DNA from: Phoronis australis
Lineage: Eukaryota; Animalia; Phoronida
Length of the DNA stretch: 64,000 nt
Assembly (NCBI GenBank): GCA_002633005.1
Contig: NMRA01000097.1
Location: 446,686 to 510,685, forward strand
Reading direction: 5' to 3'
This document shows, in pieces, positions 51,390-64,000 of this stretch; positions within the stretch are counted from its first letter, which is position 1; each line of letters opens with the position of its first letter. The notes under the pieces were generated by a model that worked only from the letters and a program-made list of their open reading frames with translations, did no database searches and was not told the DNA's origin. The position numbers and the translations under genes were made by a program.

Positions 51390-52300
51390 AGGCCAAAGCA
51401 GCCCTTTTTCATATCACTTTTAGCAAAAATAAGGATCGTTGATTATCCCAGACACATTTTTCACTTAATTACAGCTTTTCGTAATTTGATTAATTTCTCG
51501 TCCTCTACTCCGGAAGTGACGTTTTGGGAGGCAAGAGTTTCGCGCCAATTTCTTTTCATTATAGTCTGACTGTGAGAGCTGTCGAGTCAGTCATTGTTCT
51601 TCCTCATTTGTCGTAAGTATGATCGTCGTTTGCTTTTGTTTACAAGTCAGTCAACATGTCACGCTGTTGCTGCGTGCCGGGATGAACTCATTATCCTCTC
51701 ACACGCGCTTTGAGTACCTTGCGTCGCTTTCCGAAGGATGACACACTTCGCCGTACTTGGCTAGCTCGTTCATGTGAAGAACGCAGCGCTACCCGTCCAC
51801 GCAACGTACAAAGCAGTGGAGGGTTACCGAGTGTGTGGCAAGCAATTTCTGTCGTCAGATTATGACAGATATGTTCGCTGAATTGATGAAGCTCCCTGCG
51901 AAACAACGCCTGAAAAAGGGTACCATACCGTCGCTGTTGATTCCCGGCAGTGTCCCGTCGCCAACCCCGAGAAGTGCGTTTTTGAAGCAAGAAGCCTCGC
52001 GAACTCTGGCCACTATATAGAGTGACTGGAGGCACTTCATCTACTGTCACCTGTGCCTGCGAACGTACCCCATTGCGTGCAATTCCGGGAACTAGCAGTG
52101 ATTCGCCCTGTGCTGTTGTCTCTAGCCCAGAGCCTGTACAGGCCCAGTTCGACACGCAGTGAAGAGGACAGGTCGGTGAGCCTAAGTTTGATAAGTTTAT
52201 TGTGGATTTGTATTGGAGCTATTTGGAAGGTGCCAGGTGAGGCTTAGAAACGCTCTCTCATCATCCCTTGTAATTCAGTGGCAGTGGTTTCGTTTTCTTT
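51390..52300 (+). mobile_element. Kolobok-like element left end with THAP pseudogene
   Basis: TTAA|AGG terminus, homologous to the 7138 arm; ATG 51656 MSRCCCVPG*...RFPKD...TWLA, VCGKQF, RLKKGTIPSL. Right boundary not found. Confidence 0.75.
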
Positions 52301-54550
52301 AATCGGTTTGCCGATGAACGCACGTGCGGTCTTCCAATGTATAATCTGGACTATCAGATGTAGTGTTTGTCCTATAGTTTTAGTTCACATTCTTTCCGAA
52401 AATTATGAAAATGAATGCTTGTTTTCAAAGCAGGGGAAGAATTGTGATCAGATATCAATGTGAATGGCTTACACGTACGGGCTATTCACATTTTTACATA
52501 TAATTCAACCGATATTACAATATACGTATGCCTAAGACCGTGCTCACCGTCAATGTCCCTGTGATCGGTATGCAGTAAATTTTGTTTATCTAAATTTTGA
52601 CGACATGCTTTGTACTTGGTCTGGGTTAATTAATGTAGGGCCCTGACAACACATGACTCTGAAGGTTTTGATACGCAACTTTTTCTTTACGCAGATACAT
52701 TTTCTTCCAACGCGTACATTTGATGTACGACGTGGGCACTGAGTGAATGCATCAACCAAACATATTAATTTTTGAATATACCTTCAAAAGTGGACTTTTT
52801 CAAAACACTGTGTTGCCCATAATCGTGTCAAAAAGTGAAATGAACAAACTTGTAAACAATGCTCAAAGCACTATTGTGGACATACGGAAATGCCAACGAC
52901 GTTGTATTTGCCTTGCATTTCTGATAAGGCGCTATCATGCTGGAAGTTTTCTAAGATTGAGCGCCGTTTCAAAAAACTGTAGGTCTTGTTACAGCTGAGC
53001 ACAGAAGAACTATTCAGCAATTTTAGGACTGAAACTGAACGAAATCTAGCGTGGTGACTCATTGGAAGGGGGAGAAATCGGGGAGAATGGGGGGGAGGTG
53101 ATAGAAGCATGATTCTTTTATTTTAGTGCCATGGTTGTCAGGTGTCATTCAGCATCACTTACTACCTAAGGTGGCCATATCTTGCGCTACAAACACCACC
53201 AGACGCTTTTCTTCACAAAAAGTGCACATTGGTGTATTTTCTTTCATTTTTTTTTTCGACACAGCAATCATTTTACCAAAGATTCACGCCGGGTAGAGAC
53301 AAATATCTCTTCACCATCTCTTCACCACGTATTTACATTGTCGCCTTAAAAATTGTTTTATTTTATATAATTTGTCAATATGTTGCTCACAGAAAATATT
53401 TATTTTTGGAACAACGTCAATAACCAACTGATACACGTAACTAGCGCAAATTTTAGCGTCGCCGATGCATGAAAACAGAATGCGCATACTAACAACATGT
53501 TGTAGCCTCAACAGCGGTCATTCTGTTTGGTGTCACTGTCTAGTTCAAGGAAATCGTAACCAAATGATTTTGAAGATAGAGCCTTCCAAGTCCGTGGGTT
53601 TAAGGCATAACAGGACCGTGTATTTTGCGTCTTAACTTACTGTAAGGGTTAATACTATGAAACAAAAACCCCGGAGTAAGAGGTTTTTGGTGCAACAACT
53701 CACTCACTATCCCATCATCATGGGCGCGTGATAGGTGACCCGTGAAGTACATTAAAAACACAAAAAGATGCATTTCGGCGTAACACAAACAAAAAACAAG
53801 TGTGGGCGAAGACTGTCAAAAATCAAATGGCATCGTTTACAAAATGACTACGTCGTTGTATTGACCCAGAAGCAGCGACTGTAATGCAACTTGTTAACGT
53901 CACTAGTCAAGAGATCAAATGGAAAGAAAACTTTTACGTTTTGTTATTGTGGTTATTTATTGTACAAGTATAAACCCCGAGGTTGTTTGTAGGGAAAACT
54001 ATATGAGCTCGGTATGATGTATTAAAAGCTTATGGTGTGATACTATAAAGATATTACATATAACTTGCAAGTGAACCTATTCGACCAATCATAATTTGCA
54101 CCAAATACCAAACTAACCATGCAATGGGGAATAAGCTTGGGCTGGGATGTTTGTAAGCACAAGTCAAGACTTAACAATAGAGTAAAGATGCTACAGGTAT
54201 GACAATATAATAGGTAATCTAGTATTACTAAGTCCATTAACATCAAATATAGTAGAGGGTCTATCAAGTCAACTGAAGTCTGTAGAAAATGAGGAAATGA
54301 AATATAAACAAATGCAATGGACTAAGATCTATTCCATGAAGAAATAAATAGATGTCCTAACGTTGGTCAATTTAATGACCTCTTTGTCATCGATCTTTTT
54401 TTAGAAGTTGCCAAAAAATCCTGATGGTTACAAATAGTGCAAGCGCCTCCTTTGTATAAAAATTTAGCGAAACAGATTCACCTATCAACATAATTGGGAT
54501 ACGTCATTGTTAGCTTTGGCCTAACTTCGATTGAATGATCGCTAAATAAC

Positions 54551-55170
54551 GGATTTTTCTAAAACCCCCTTGACCCCCACAACCCACAACCTCGTGACCC
54601 ACCACCCCCTAGAACCACAGCCCCCTCCACCGACAACCTGTGGCAATAGATTATCTTTGCGATTTTTACACATCTCGTAATAATATAAAGTCACTAAATA
54701 ACTTTCCCACAAGACTTGCCCTCGCGTGATTTCTTCCCTAGCTCAAGCTCGGTGGTTAAAAACAATAAGTGGCGTAATTAAGAATATGATCTGAAATAGC
54801 GAATTGTAAGGGTGGTCTCGTCGTCACGGAAATATTTGCACGAACTGTTAACCATGACCCTGTTCTACTAAACATAGGGAGAGAGAACGTTAATGTGATT
54901 AAACACTCTTTCAATGTGTTCACACATCAATGTGTTCCATCTGATGGATTCATTGCAAAGTTGTTAAGATCACTGAAATTTTCACGTAATATCAATTTTC
55001 AACCATTTGCTCTATCCCACTAGTTTTAACTAATTAAAGTCGTGAGCTACAGGGTAAGCCTTGGTAGTTTTTGTAACCCATTTCTCGCAAAAGGTGTACA
55101 TGTGAGAATACCATCAAAATTAATCGGAAAGACAGAGAAGACGGCGAGTACAAACACAAAATTTAGTAAT
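54551..55170 (+). repeat. Inverted diverged copy of about 62680-63273
   Basis: Shares the ACCC(A/C)CGACC-like low-complexity block and the following colinear sequence with the last intron of the upstream paralogue. Confidence 0.7.
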
Positions 55171-55363
55171 CCACTTAGCACTAGATTCACCCGTTGCGTC
55201 CTAATTTATTCGCCAGAATTTCACGAACCGATATTATTTTCCTCGATAACCAGACAATTGGCAACTACGAAGGCAATCCCAAAACAAAAAATTGTTCGAA
55301 GATGGAGCAGGCAGACGGCTATAAACGCTATGTCACAGATTTTCATTATATTTTCTATGTTTC

Positions 55364-56280
55364 ATGACAATGGCCCCACTGACTCCAGACCACCTTTATT
55401 TTTTTCAAAACGTCTTGTTTTGGTTTACATGGACAATATTTATTCCCAGCAGGTTTTGAGCTTGGCGGCAGTTAAGTTTTTGTAAATTTTCGACAGTTAC
55501 GTTAAGCAGTAACGTTGAAATTTTGGATCGGTGTTGCTGATCTAGTGTGACCATCGTCTACTTTATTCTTGCATATTTGGAAGATTTCGAATTGTTAGTC
55601 TATTTTAGAGCCGCAAAGTTGATGAGTATTGTTTAAAATCTTTATGAAGTCAAAGACTTGCTTTACTTAAGACTACAAACACATAATCATCTTATGGATC
55701 AGTAATTCTTTAATATTCATTGCAAATAGGCCATTTCCGATGGTTCCATTGATTGGTTTTCCTCCAGTATAGAGGCTCCCTGCTCCAAACCCCTTGAACA
55801 AGGTAAAACGAGATTGGATATTATTGTTTTGTTTATCGTCCCAAAGGTAACTAAAATGCATACTGTAGTAAGGTTCAAAGCCGTGAAATTGAGTTTATCA
55901 ACACTCAGGGCATTTGTGCTTGATATGAGCTGTACATGTACTTCAATCTTAAGAGCATGTTCGCGAATTGACCAAGCAGACGGTGATAAACGCTGAGTCA
56001 CACGTTCTCTTTATATTTTCTCTGTGTGATGACACTGGGCCTACTGACTCCAGACCACCTTTATTTTTATTTCAAAACCCCTCCTTTTGGTTTTCATGAA
56101 TACTACTTGTTTCCGGAAATTTTGAGCCTGGCGGCAGTTAAGTTTGAGTTAAAGTTTGACAGTTACGTTACGCAGTGGCAGTAACGTTGAAATGTTGAAC
56201 TTATGTTATTGATCAAGTGTGACCTTTCACTACTATTTGTGTAAATTCAAATGATTTCGATAATTTTAGAACCGCATAAG
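55364..56280 (+). repeat. Pair of about 250-bp direct repeats (about 55364-55620 and 56030-56280)
   Basis: Shared ACTGACTCCAGACCACCTTTATTTTT, TGGCGGCAGTTAAGTTT and GACAGTTACGTTA. Confidence 0.85.
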
Positions 56281-57229
56281 ATGACTACTTTAATTGATTT
56301 TTGAAACTGTCAAAATTGGCTAAATTCGTTTCCCGATATCTCAGCCGGCACAGGTTTCAGAACATTTTACCAACAACCAATGTGTTGAGCAATCTTAGAT
56401 CTACAAACTAAGACAAGCGATCCTAACGGATATCATGTCATTTGAGGTCGAAAGTGACTCATGGTTACGCCTTTCACCACATTGAGTAATGCCGACAAAC
56501 GTCATCAAGGGATTATTTGCTCCAATTTCACCCGAAAACAGCAATTCAATTGATCATTTATCAAATTTCGTAGTTTCTAGGCACCGAGGGTACTGTACTT
56601 TATTTCTGAAAAGTGCTCGTAGTCATGGAATTAGGATACTTGCTAGACAAACGGCAGTAGTCTAGGTCAGGACACCTTTTGCGAGAGTCGAAATTCAAAT
56701 CCCACATGTTTTACAAAGCTCAGTAATCTTATTCGCACTGCTAAAAAACAAAACGCCACCGATAAATCATTTCCATAACACTTTCCTTCAAAAATTGTGG
56801 TTTCCCACCCCTCCCCCCCCCCTTGCGACTTTTCAAATCTTTCAGCGTGGTATGAACAATATCATTTATTTTGTTTTTGTCTTTGATTTTCCTGTTAACA
56901 AAGACGATGCTTACTTTGAGTTAGCTTTGGAGTGGGTCTGAACAAACGTTATTTTTGAGGAATGTTCAAGTGGTTTTAATGCAGGGCGTTGGAAACGGAG
57001 GACAGTGTCAACATAAAAGTTCCATTGGCAACTACAGGCAACGGCAAAACCATTGGTAAGCAGATTTCCGTTGAGGTTATATAGCCGCCAGTGCCTAAAT
57101 GGCTTCACTTTTGGATTGGTACGGTTGGCTAGTATTATCATTGTGCTATTTGTATGCCGTTTGATGTGACTGACAAAGTGAAAAATGGGAGACTATCACG
57201 AAGCAATGGGGGCTGACTACATGGAAACA

Positions 57230-60200
57230 GCTACCAGTGAGAAGATACTTCACCTGCGCAGTGGGAAGCACAGAGGAACATAGTTGAATAAGTTTGTGTG
57301 ACTGGTTGTGAGCAGTTTAAAGAACTGATTTCTTCCCAGTCCTCCAGTGTGCAAAAGTATCCGTTTTCAAGTGATCAGCTGTTACTTGACTACATAAATG
57401 GCTCCTGCTGGAAACATGATCAGATTTTCATCCACTGCAGAGGTCACGTGAAAGAAGTGAGGATGATAAAGGCTGTTTTTAGTATAAAGTTCGTAAGTTC
57501 ACGACAAGTATTGTATGTAGCTCATGTTTTTTCTTGAGACAGCAGACTATCAATATACAACATATAAAATTTAAAAAGTCCCAGTTCAAAATATAGCTTC
57601 AAGCAAATTGGGTTCTAATTGCTATGTGTTTATGGTGGTTTAATAGCAAGACTACCAACTTTTCTTAAGCAAAATCACAACAGAGATATCTAAATGTGGC
57701 AACTGATCTAGGTGCTAATGGACTGTCTCAAATATGAGACTCCTATGTTAATTGTTCAAAATACACGTGATCTCGCTTACATGTACCTCCTCATCCCATA
57801 CTATACACGCAACTCCTCAGTCTGTACATGCAATGTTGGACCACTTTAAAGTAAAAAGTGATATTTAATGCGGCTAGAATCTGGTTTAACACTCATCGCC
57901 CAGTTAATCTATACCAAATAGCATGGAAAACACAAGATATCTAAATGTGTTAACACATCTAAACACAAGTGAATTGGCTCAAGCATGACACTCCTGGTGT
58001 TAACAATTCAAAACACAGGTGACCTCGGCACCTCCCTTTACACATCATCACATATCGTACAACTACCTTTTCATTCTGCAAAAACAATGTTAGAACAAAT
58101 CAAAATCAAAATTTATATTTAATATGACTCCAATCTGCTTCAACACTGGTCATCCAGTCAAGTGGTACAAAGAAGCATGGAACAACGAGATATATAAATG
58201 TGTTCTTTGATCTAAATGCCAGTGAATTGGTTCAAGTACGACATTCCCAAAGTTAACTTTTCAAAATACAGGGATCCCCACTCAACTGGTCATCACATAC
58301 ACATATACTACATGAAACTGGCCAGCCTGCCTAAGTCACCACCTTTCCATAAGCGTGCACATCAGTTGACACTCGCTTTTCAGTTAAGTGGGGTTGGGTG
58401 TAATATGAATTTGAAAGATGAAAACTGATATACCAGCATCATTAAAAAATTGAACAACAAAGTTTTAAGCAAAACATTGACTAATTATCTTAAATTCTAC
58501 TGACAAAGCCACAACAAGTGTTGCTAAAAGTATTTTGCATTTACCTCAGTTTCTACAATATCACAACAATAACAAGTGGTTAAATCACGCAGGCAACCCA
58601 ACATATTATACAATGTTCGAGCGAACTTGAAATCCGCAGTATTCGTGGACGTCACTGACTGTCAACTTCATTATCTCCCTCATCTGACCATTTTCCAGCG
58701 CGGCTCAAGGCAGCCAAGCGTGAACAGAAAACTTTATTCTGCTATGGTGTCAACCAACCTTCCCCCTAAACTGCTTCCCGTCTTCATCGCCTGTGCAGTT
58801 CTGGCCGTGTCTGCTTTGTTGTTCTACATGCTGGGAAATGAGAGGTAATTTGTAACACTCTCGAATTATACACTTTTTGCAGAACTTCGTAAAGCCTAGC
58901 AATTGTACAGGTGTGACTGCACTTGAGTGATCCAATCATTTTAGCTGAAATTGACCGGATTTCCTTGGACGTCAAGTTGATATCATACACAGATCCTTAA
59001 TGTCGACATAGTGGAACTGCTAAAACATAACGACACACTATACATGTAATTTAAAGAACTACATGAATCACTCTGTCTGACAACCGAAGTGAAACGAAAT
59101 TGTGGCATGCAGGCTGTTAATTAAAATTGGAATTTAGAATGATATGACTACAGCCTTCATCAAAATATGTATAGGAAAAATACTTCCTGTAATGAACTAA
59201 AAAGAAGACGCCTATCAACAACAGCAACAATGGTTATTGAAAAGTGAAAGTCAATGAGAATTTGCATTTTAAGCTTGCAACACATGTCCACTAGATGCAC
59301 GTAATCTTGGACTAAATTTACAACTAACAGAAGACACTACCAGTAAGTGGACTGAGTGGCTCTAAGCTAGCCTAGAATCCAACAACGGCAAAATGACATG
59401 TATATCATATGACTTAGGAACTCAATACCGTTTATCAGTTGTTTACAGTGATGCAGGCATACATTGTAGGACTACTGAATTTCAAAGTGGGCACAATAAA
59501 AAGCTCTGTCTATACTGTTCAAAAACAAGTACTGTTGTTATATTTTTATAATAAATGCATTGTCACTCAGTTTATGACTTTTCTGAAAGGAGAACCAGTA
59601 CCTTTCACTGCATGGCCCTCTATTAGAATAACAGCTGTTGAATAGCAGCTGTTGTTTCTAGTTGTGTTAACTGGTTATCAAATCAGGTATCCATAAAACA
59701 GACTATTACAGCCAAAATAAATCATCATATGAGCTCATCAGATCCAACATTCTTGAGATCCAGTGCAAGTAAGTTGACTTAAGACATTTCAACCAGCATC
59801 CCCTCTTCAATCTTGACACGCGAGCTGCTGCTAATGAAATGGTTGTTTGCACAGTCTACCTGGTTTCCATAGAATTCCAAGACAAGTCCGGTGTCTTGCC
59901 CTTGCCTTGAACGCAGTCAAACAGGTCTGGTGAATTTGCAGTCGTAAATTGTCCGACTCTCGCCAAAATCAGTTGCTGCACAGTCTGTAGTTGTGGTGAC
60001 TTAGTACTCACTTTATGCTGCATCAAGATTCCACACATGAGCAGATGATATTCTTTTTAGGTCCAACATTCTTCAACACACTTCATCATAACAGTTAACA
60101 CACGGTAAGTCAGGATCTTCAGCACTTTTGCCAGCACTAAAGTTACACCTGTTGTTGGACACTGGGTTCACAAAGAACGTGGAGTTTTAATGAAAATGGA

Positions 60201-60660
60201 AAAAATACCTTAAACAAATGACACTAAACTAAATATAAATTAAACAAGTTTTGAATCAAACCTATGCACGCTGCTGGACAGCTGTTGTAGTGTTCCAAAC
60301 AGGTATCGGTATTGAAGGTAATTTTCATTCAGGTGGTTGTCACAAGCCTGCGATTCCCATAGAAAATGGTCAGCGCCAAAAAATAATTATTGTACCAATA
60401 AACATCACTAAGACGGAAACGTCTTTTGTAGAGGTCTTGTGTTGATCAGTGTTTTGCCTTCTGAGATATTCGGACTCAAAGTGTTGCGAAATTGCAATGC
60501 TTTGTTTACCTTTGACCCCACTGTTTTATTGCTGAAGTTTTGAACTTAGCGGCAGACTTAATGAGTGAAGCCAAAGACTTGCTTTATTAAAAATTACAAA
60601 CAAATAATGATCTTGCGCACCGGTATTTTTATCATGCATAGCAAATGAGGCATTTCAGCT
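57230..60660 (-). mobile_element. Second decayed Sola3-like transposase relic, preceded by a THAP-like segment
   Basis: LILARVGQF...RLCKQPFH (about 59850-59990), WLTP*QNKVFCSRLAAL (about 58710-58760), THAP-like KASLWL / SQHF (about 60300-60650). No termini identified. Confidence 0.45.
57670..58290 (+). repeat. Diverged tandem repeat, period about 252 bp, about 2.5 copies
   Basis: GATAT(C/A)TAAATGTG recurs at about 57685, 57936 and 58189 with colinear flanks. Confidence 0.8.
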
Positions 60661-61450
60661 TGTCCATAAATGGTATACCCCCAAAATAGAAGCTCCTTTG
60701 TTTCTCCCACTTACACAAGGTAATATGAGATTGGACTTTACTGTATTGTTTATCATCCCAAAGGTAACTAAACTGTATATCAAGGCTCAAATCAGTGACA
60801 TTGGTTGATCACCCCTCTGATAGCCGTACTTCACTCTTAAAAAGGTAAAGAAACGTTTTTCGAATAACGCAGTCAAGTCTATAGACATAATTTTAATAAT
60901 ATTTCGCCCCTGTGTTCCTGTGGAGACACCCAGGGAAATGCTCATGTTTTCTTTGCTTGTGAGGTATGCATTTACCAGAGGGTACAGCTTTTCCAGACAC
61001 TCGAACAATACCCTAATGTTTACAAAAAATATTTTGAAATTCCGCACTTGGGCAACAAAATTAATCTTTTCTATGTGGATGTCAAGAACTGAACCCAAGT
61101 GAAAATAAGTTTTTATTCAAAATAGTATCAAAATATCTCAATAATATTAAATCTCTTTGTGTGAGTGGATAGAATTGTATTCATGTGTATGAAAATAATT
61201 ATTTACATTCATTATCTTATATCATTGTAATATTAACATCAACTTTTTGATTTATGTATTCGTGTATAATAATTGTATATAGACTTCTTTGTTTTTCTTA
61301 ACCCAGATGTAATGCCTCTTGGCGCTTTCTGGGTTTCTAAAGATTTCGTAATAAACATTAATAAAAAAGTCTATAGAGCACTGATGAAACTCTTGAGTTT
61401 GCGTTATTAAACAGTTTGGGCTGCCGGAGGAGCTATTTAGCACACGTGCT

Positions 61451-61596
61451 CTAGTCGACAGGGAATACTTCGTTGGCCATCAGACGACTACTAGAGTTAA
61501 AGCCGGTGTAAGCGTTGTTGTAGGTTTGTCCAGGACACGTCTGTATGTGCAGTTGAATGCTGTAGTTCCCTGCTGGAAGTTCGCAATATCCACCAA
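61451..61596 (-). CDS. Upstream paralogue, terminal coding exon (end of third CTHRC1-type domain)
   Basis: ttacAG acceptor, phase 1, FGGYCELPAGNYSIQLHIQTCPGQTYNNAYTGFNSSSRLMANEVFPVD*; candidate AATAAA at 61117-61112. Confidence 0.92.
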
Positions 61597-62002
61597 CTGT
61601 AAGTGAAGGACAACACAATTTTCATGTAGTCATAAGAAAGCGTACAATTTGCTTAAACATATTCGGGGTGATGGTCGCCTTCTAAGAAGGCTAGCTACCT
61701 CGAGGTTATAACAAGTGTAGTCTTCTACCCAAACACCCCAGCTGCTTTCAGTTGGCCTAGACACTACAAATGCACTCGCTACTGCTTGCTTATGGAACGG
61801 GAACAATTCAAAATTCCAGTTTCGCCGACCAATTATCAAACGAAGCTCTCACTTTTCACTTGTGTTGTTTTGACCTTATTTATCTGACTTTCGTGCCTAT
61901 AGGGAACACATCCCTGAGCTTGGCGCTAGCCAAGTAGGAACTTGTAACATCGTGATCATTGGGGAAAATACCTTGACTTCTGAAAAAGCAAATGTATCAA
62001 AT

Positions 62003-62281
62003 CATGCGCACACCCATTTGGCACCGGGGAGAACGACCCCCTCCTCCCTCGTTTGGCGTAGTGGGCAAAAGGGTCATCCACAGAGAAACAAAAAGCACCA
62101 AAAACTAGTAAACGAGACATAAGTCCACTACGAATGCAGGGATACCAATATTTGGCGAAAGCAAAATTCGATGCCCTGAGCGCAACCTGTTTTTTTAGTG
62201 AAAGGTCTACATTTTTTTATTAAAAGTCCCTCATGTTCTAAAAAATTTGAGCCCCCTCTTTTTAGGCTGGATGTGTGGATC
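62003..62281. mobile_element. MITE with 5-bp TSD (CAAAT)
   Basis: CATGCGCACACCC left end, degenerate right end (9/13 match); CAAAT at 61998-62002 and 62282-62286. Confidence 0.55.
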
Positions 62282-63403
62282 CAAATCCTTGTTCAAGCAA
62301 CTGAAACCAAGGTTTCACTTTTCTGAAAGGTTTCTGTAAATACTGTTTAATATTAGCGTGTTTTGATAATGACCATCAAATCAATAGCGAGGCTGAGTTA
62401 ACGACAAAAGGCAGGAAATGTCGTTATTGAACGCTTTGCACTATTTCATGCCATCAACTTGTATTTCCTCTTGCTCTGTCAACAAATTCTTAGGCTATGT
62501 GCACTTTTGTTAAGGATTCTTACAAACCCCTTCGATCGCATCGCAATTAGCACCACGCCCCACGACCGCTTTGACAATGTTTTTGCAATTAAGAGAATCG
62601 ACTCAGCAAGTTTAAAAGCCAAAGAGAGATAAAAATAACGCTACCAAATCAAATCAAAACCGACCAATGTTAGAAATGTCATTCCTAGCAAAGTGTAATC
62701 GTCTCGTCTGCTCTTCAGTGAACGTCAGGCTTAAACATTTTTTGGGGAAAATGCGATTAACTGACGAATACAAAGTATACAATGTCTTCAGTAAATACAG
62801 TTTGAAAAAACAAGCCGTTAACTAAAAACCTTAACGTTAAAGGTGGTATACTGTAAACGAGTATACAGTAGAAAGATAATAATAAAAATGTGTAATTATG
62901 TCAATTCACTTTAACGTACTTTCTCCCTAAGTTTAGTATATCGGCACCTTTGCTAGCCGCTCGTGGAACTATTTGCATAATAAAGATAGCACGATCACAA
63001 TTCACTATTTCAGGTTGTGTTCCGACACAATTTTCTATTTTAAACCATCAGAATTGAGCGAGAGCAGATTGCTTGCAGTTAAGTTTTATGGGAATGTCTA
63101 TCAACGACGTACAGTGTCATATGAAATGCGTATCCAGCGCAAAGAAACATCTACTGTCACAGGTCGTGGGTCAAGGGGTTTGTGGGTCGAAGGTGTCGTG
63201 GGTCAAGGAGGTCGTGGGGTTTTGGGGGTCGCAGGGATCGTGGGGTATGGGATTCGAAGTTTTAAAATAATCCTTTTGTTAAGACTTGTCTTATTCGAGT
63301 TAACATTTCTCCCGTGGGAAATGACTGTCGTTGATACGCAGAGTGCAGGTTGGTCTCGCGCGATTACATTTCGTGAAAGTGTCGTTTTTGAGAATACTCT
63401 TAC

Positions 63404-63617
63404 ACAGTGAAGTATGATGTTGCATATCGAACCCGTTGTCCGTCGCGCGGAGAATTCTTTGATACACTATTGTTGAAATAGGTCCAGGCGTTGAACATTC
63501 GGCTCCGTTAAACGTCAGGTACCATCGGGAACATCCGGGTGAGCCGTGCTGTCGCAGATCTCCGTTGAACTGTACCGCTAGCATACTCTGAGCTGATCTC
63601 TTGGTGTATGTGGCCGA
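63404..63617 (-). CDS. Upstream paralogue, penultimate exon (middle of third CTHRC1-type domain)
   Basis: ctgcAG...GTAAGA, phase 0-1, 214 nt, SATYTKRSAQSMLAVQFNGDLRQHGSPGCSRWYLTFNGAECSTPGPISTIVYQRILRATDNGFDMQHHTSL. Confidence 0.93.
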
Positions 63618-64000
63618 CTGCAGAACACATGAATCGTACAAGAACATCTCATTAAAGAACTACCTGAACGATATACCATAGTGTGGAAATGAGCACAAGT
63701 AGGTCATGCTTTAGACAACACCTAGCTACTCAGTTGGCCGGATAGGGGTAACGTGCATAATACTCCCCCTAAGCTTTCAGTACTGATTTTGTCCCGTGCA
63801 CTTTAAACAGGCGGTAGGCGAAATCCGCTAACAGACTATGAGATTTTCACAACATAAAATATACCTTTACTTTTAAACTTGACATTTAAATGCGCTTACT
63901 TTGCAGTGATCTTTTCTTGTTCTAAACATATCTCCGAGGAAACATTGAGATACCTAATTGGCAAAGAATTCGAATTCCAAATTTTGGTCGCCGTAAACTG
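63504..64000 (+). repeat. Segmental duplication, copy B (copy A at 1-497)
   Basis: About 97% ungapped identity to window positions 1-497. Confidence 0.97.

Noticed and set aside
63160-63260. Gly-rich plus-strand ORF segment as a collagen helix for CTHRC1
   Set aside because: Wrong strand, no Gly-X-Y periodicity, intronic, and part of a repeat also found at about 54560.
376-63410. Most short ORFs in the supplied six-frame track
   Set aside because: No recognisable motifs, many start at non-ATG codons, and several are antisense shadows of real exons or TE genes (for example 7913-8254, 9925-10257, 26475-26708, 40682-40891, 30772-31287).

Overview
AT-rich, repeat-dense eukaryotic (marine-invertebrate-like metazoan) genomic DNA; the species cannot be determined from the sequence. 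The main content is one intron-rich minus-strand gene, reconstructed by hand from GT-AG sites and exon phases (ATG 43197, running off the left edge). It encodes a secreted mosaic protein: signal peptide, PAN/Apple domain, small Cys-rich segment, CTHRC1-type C-terminal domain, fibronectin type II domain, then two more CTHRC1-type domains, with no collagen helix (about 676-686 aa). The last two exons of a near-identical upstream copy lie at 61451-63617: window 1-497 recurs at 63504-64000 (16 substitutions by eye, no indels). A decayed terminal exon of a third, older paralogue lies at 44351-44495. Introns and intergenic DNA hold many decayed transposons. These include a TIR-bounded pogo (DD35D) element with an OTU deubiquitinase-like domain inside its transposase, a TTAA-flanked Sola3-like element nested in a YqaJ-exonuclease relic, Harbinger, Kolobok/THAP, Academ-like, Penelope (with a nearby minimal hammerhead ribozyme), CR1-like and Gypsy fragments, and a family of MITEs with 5-bp TSDs. 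All domain and family calls come from motif recognition, not database searches.
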